64,000 nucleotides of DNA from Gammaproteobacteria bacterium (GTDB lineage: Bacteria > Pseudomonadota > Gammaproteobacteria > Eutrophobiales > Eutrophobiaceae). Positions 59,980 to 64,000 of the stretch are shown here, in pieces. Location of the stretch: positions 2,720,001 to 2,784,000 of the forward strand of contig OZ220696.1 of NCBI GenBank assembly GCA_965116495.1, given 5' to 3'. Position 1 is the stretch's first letter. Every line of letters starts with the position of its first letter. The notes beneath the pieces were generated by a model that worked only from the letters and a program-made list of their open reading frames with translations, did not search any database and was not told where the DNA came from. Both the position numbers and the translations under genes were made by a program.

Positions 59980-60130
59980 GCTCCCGTTTCCTTATTCTCG
60001 TAAACAGTTGGCAGTATATCGCCGCCAGGTGATTAGTATGATATATTAACGGGCAGAATTTTTAAGCTTGAAAGGATCCACCTCTTTTCCGTACCAGTAC
60101 AATCCAGTTCAATCTACCAGGAGAATAACC

Positions 60131-62122
60131 ATACCTTCCAGACGTCAACTTGCCAATGCCATCCGGGCATTGAGTATGGATGCGGTGCAGCGCGCCAAGT
60201 CGGGGCACCCGGGCGCTCCGATGGGCATGGCGGATATCGCCGAGGTGCTGTGGAACGACTTTTTCCGGCATAACCCGGCCAATCCCGGCTGGGCGGACCG
60301 GGACCGTTTCGTCATGTCCAACGGCCACGGTTCCATGTTGCTTTATTCCATACTGCACTTGACCGGTTACGACCTGCCCATGGAGGAATTGAAAAATTTC
60401 CGCCAGCTTCACTCGAAGACACCCGGCCATCCCGAATACGGATACACCCCCGGCATAGAAACCACGACCGGACCCCTGGGCCAGGGACTGGCCAACGCCG
60501 TGGGCATGGCCATCGCCGAACGCACCCTGGCCGCGCAATTCAACCGCGCCGGCCTTGACATCGTCAACCACTACACCTATGCCTCCGTCGGTGACGGCTG
60601 CCTGATGGAGGGGATCTCCCATGAAGCCTGTTCGCTGGCGGGAACGCTGGGCCTGGGCAAGCTCATCGTCATCTACGACAGTAACCGGATTTCAATAGAC
60701 GGCGAAGTGGAAGGCTGGTTTACCGAAGACATCCCGCAACGGTTCAAGGCCTACCAGTGGCATGTCATTCCCGCTGTGGACGGCCATGATCCCGACGCCG
60801 TCAGACAGGCTGTCAGTGATGCACGGGCAGTGGCCGATAAACCCAGTATCATATGCTGCAATACCATTATCGGCCTGGGATCGCCCAACAAACAGGGCAA
60901 GGCTTCCAGCCACGGCGCTCCCCTGGGGACGGATGAAGTCGCCCTGGTGCGGGAAGCCCTCGACTGGTCCTGGCCTGAGTTTGAAATCCCCGCGGAAATC
61001 TATGACGGCTGGAACGCCCGGCAGCGGGGGGCCCAACTGGAAGCAGCCTGGGATGAGAAGTTTTCCAATTACGAAAAGCTTTATCCCGGAGATGCGGCCG
61101 AGTTCCTGCGCCGGGTCCGTGGCGATCTGCCGGTGGACTGGCAGGATACAAGCCGCGCCTACGTAGAAACCACTCAACAGAAAGCGGAAACCATCGCCTC
61201 GCGCAAAGCGTCACAAAACGCCTTGAATGCCTACGGACCCGCGTTACCGGAACTCATTGGCGGCTCGGCGGACCTGACCGGGTCAAACCTCACTCTACGG
61301 CAGGATTCCACGGTCATTACCGATACGGTTGCAGACGGCAACTACCTTTATTACGGTGTCAGGGAGTTTGCCATGGCCGCCATTAACAATGGTCTGGCCC
61401 TGCACGGCGGGTTTGTCCCCTACGGCGGCACGTTCCTCATCTTTACGGAATATGCCCGCAATGCCTTGCGCATGGCAGCGCTGATGAAGCAACGCAGTAT
61501 TTTCGTACTGACCCATGATTCGATCGGTCTCGGGGAAGACGGTCCCACCCACCAGGCGGTTGAACAGGCCGCAACCCTGCGCCTGATCCCGAATATGTCG
61601 GTGTGGCGTCCCTGTGACACGGTTGAAACCGCGGTGGCCTGGAAATCAGCCCTGGAAAACCGGGATAACCCTACCGCCCTGTTGCTGTCACGCCAATCCT
61701 TGCCCTGCATGGAAAGAAGCGCAGAGCAGCTTGACGCCATTGCACGGGGCGCCTATATCCTGGTGGAACCCGAAGGCGGGCCTGAGTTGATCATCATCGC
61801 CACCGGTTCCGAAGTCACCATTGCCGCTGATGCTGCACGGCAGTTAAACGCTGGCGGCAAACGCGTGCGCGTCGTCTCCATGCCGGCAACGGACGCGTTC
61901 GACAGGCAACCTGAACAATACCGCGAACAGGTCCTGCCACCTGCGTGCCGCCGGCGCATCGCCATTGAAGCCGGCATACCCGATTACTGGCGTAAATACG
62001 TCGGGCTTGATGGTAAGATCCTGGGTGTCCCGGGCTTCGGCGAGTCGGCCCCCGGCAGTGCGGTATTCAACCATTTCGGCATCAACGCAGAGGGGCTGAT
62101 ACGCCTGGTTGAGACACTGTAA
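60131..62122 (+). CDS. tkt: Transketolase (probable start at the ATA codon at 60131)
   Basis: [21 protein letters not shown] and [20 protein letters not shown] lies 7 nt before the ATA; an alternative in-frame TTG is at 60068. Confidence 0.92.
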   Translation: MPSRRQLANAIRALSMDAVQRAKSGHPGAPMGMADIAEVLWNDFFRHNPANPGWADRDRFVMSNGHGSMLLYSILHLTGYDLPMEELKNFRQLHSKTPGHPEYGYTPGIETTTGPLGQGLANAVGMAIAERTLAAQFNRAGLDIVNHYTYASVGDGCLMEGISHEACSLAGTLGLGKLIVIYDSNRISIDGEVEGWFTEDIPQRFKAYQWHVIPAVDGHDPDAVRQAVSDARAVADKPSIICCNTIIGLGSPNKQGKASSHGAPLGTDEVALVREALDWSWPEFEIPAEIYDGWNARQRGAQLEAAWDEKFSNYEKLYPGDAAEFLRRVRGDLPVDWQDTSRAYVETTQQKAETIASRKASQNALNAYGPALPELIGGSADLTGSNLTLRQDSTVITDTVADGNYLYYGVREFAMAAINNGLALHGGFVPYGGTFLIFTEYARNALRMAALMKQRSIFVLTHDSIGLGEDGPTHQAVEQAATLRLIPNMSVWRPCDTVETAVAWKSALENRDNPTALLLSRQSLPCMERSAEQLDAIARGAYILVEPEGGPELIIIATGSEVTIAADAARQLNAGGKRVRVVSMPATDAFDRQPEQYREQVLPPACRRRIAIEAGIPDYWRKYVGLDGKILGVPGFGESAPGSAVFNHFGINAEGLIRLVETL

Positions 62123-62147
62123 ACACCAAAACGAGGAGCTATACATA

Positions 62148-63161
<1,014 letters not shown>

Positions 63162-63237
63162 CAGATTAACTGCCATTCCCACGAAGCATGTCCTCGAATG
63201 TCGTAATCCGGGGGTCAGGAATCCTGCGCACAGGACA

Positions 63238-63267
63238 CTGACCTTCCGGCGCAGGCCGGAAGGTCAG
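63238..63267. other. Perfect 13-bp stem-loop between gap and pgk
   Basis: CTGACCTTCCGGC-GCAG-GCCGGAAGGTCAG with no U tract, so more likely an mRNA stability or processing hairpin than a terminator. Confidence 0.6.
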
Positions 63268-63284
63268 CGGAGAAGCCCTAACGG

Positions 63285-64000
63285 ATGAAGCCTGATTTCA
63301 ATACCCTGGATGACCTGACGCTGACCAGCAGGAAAGTCCTGATCAGGGCCGATTTCAATGTGCCGATCAAAGCCGGCGCCATCCAGGACGACACGCGTAT
63401 CCGGGCCTGCCTGCCCACCCTGAAGCGGCTGCTGGACTCACAGGCAGCGGTCATCCTGGTATCCCACCTGGGACGCCCCCTGGAAGGACACTATGACGAA
63501 CAATACAGCCTGGCCCCGGTCGCCAGGCGCGTCTCTGCCCTGTTGCAACAGGAGGTGAACCTGATACGCGACTGGGAGGAAGGGATTACAATACGGCCCG
63601 GGGAAATAGTAATGCTGGAAAACATCCGGTTTTTGCCGGGTGAGAAACAAAACAGTGATGAACTGGCCGGACGTCTGGCCGGCTTGTGCGATGTGTACGT
63701 TAACGATGCATTTGCCACGGCGCACCGCGCCCAGGCTTCGACCCACGGCGTGGCGAAATATGCGCCCGTGTCCTGCGCCGGCCCGTTATTGCTTGCCGAA
63801 ATAGAGACGCTCACCAGAGCCCTGGAACAGCCTGCCCACCCCATGACGGCTATCGTCGGCGGGGCGAAGGTCTCGACTAAATTGACGGTGCTGCAAAACC
63901 TGATTGAAACAGTGGACCGGTTGATCGTCGGCGGCGGAATTGCCAATACGTTCCTGAAAGCTGCCGGCTACGCGGTCGGCACCTCACTGCATGAACCGGA
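63285..64000 (+). CDS. pgk: Phosphoglycerate kinase, 3'-truncated by the window edge
   Basis: Manual translation [11 protein letters not shown]...[32 protein letters not shown] and GGAKVSTK. Confidence 0.95.
   Translation, partial: MKPDFNTLDDLTLTSRKVLIRADFNVPIKAGAIQDDTRIRACLPTLKRLLDSQAAVILVSHLGRPLEGHYDEQYSLAPVARRVSALLQQEVNLIRDWEEGITIRPGEIVMLENIRFLPGEKQNSDELAGRLAGLCDVYVNDAFATAHRAQASTHGVAKYAPVSCAGPLLLAEIETLTRALEQPAHPMTAIVGGAKVSTKLTVLQNLIETVDRLIVGGGIANTFLKAAGYAVGTSLHEP

Overview
Chromosomal window from a probable Gammaproteobacterium (housekeeping tadA, pncC/cinA, thpR, etfBA, tkt-gap-pgk) with three accessory blocks. (1) 1-18.3 kb: an aromatic/organohalide catabolic region. It has two Rieske oxygenases, an IS-interrupted MFS gene, a TonB-dependent receptor and a Tat flavoprotein, plus a divergent operon of three SxCS-type glutathione transferases, an NpRdhA-type catabolic B12 reductive dehalogenase and a MetE-like Zn enzyme. 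(2) 21.9-37.8 kb: one co-oriented, tightly packed 15-gene cluster joining a reduced type IV secretion core (VirB4, B5, B6, B8, B9, B10) to a type IVb pilus set (PilL, N, O, P, Q, R, two pilin-like genes and a PilV-like gene). It has no VirB2/B3/B11, coupling protein, relaxase, integrase or prepilin peptidase, and its pilins appear to lack class III leaders. This is the best candidate for an undescribed system. (3) 47.3-58.3 kb: a type I restriction-modification locus whose hsdS-hsdR interval carries an uncharacterised two-gene module, a HipBA pair and an orphan winged-helix gene. Smaller anomalies: tkt appears to start at ATA, the arylsulfatase signal peptide is frameshifted at a T7 run, and several REP-like palindrome families are present. 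No tRNA, rRNA or CRISPR array was seen. All family calls come from motif recognition by eye; no database search was run.
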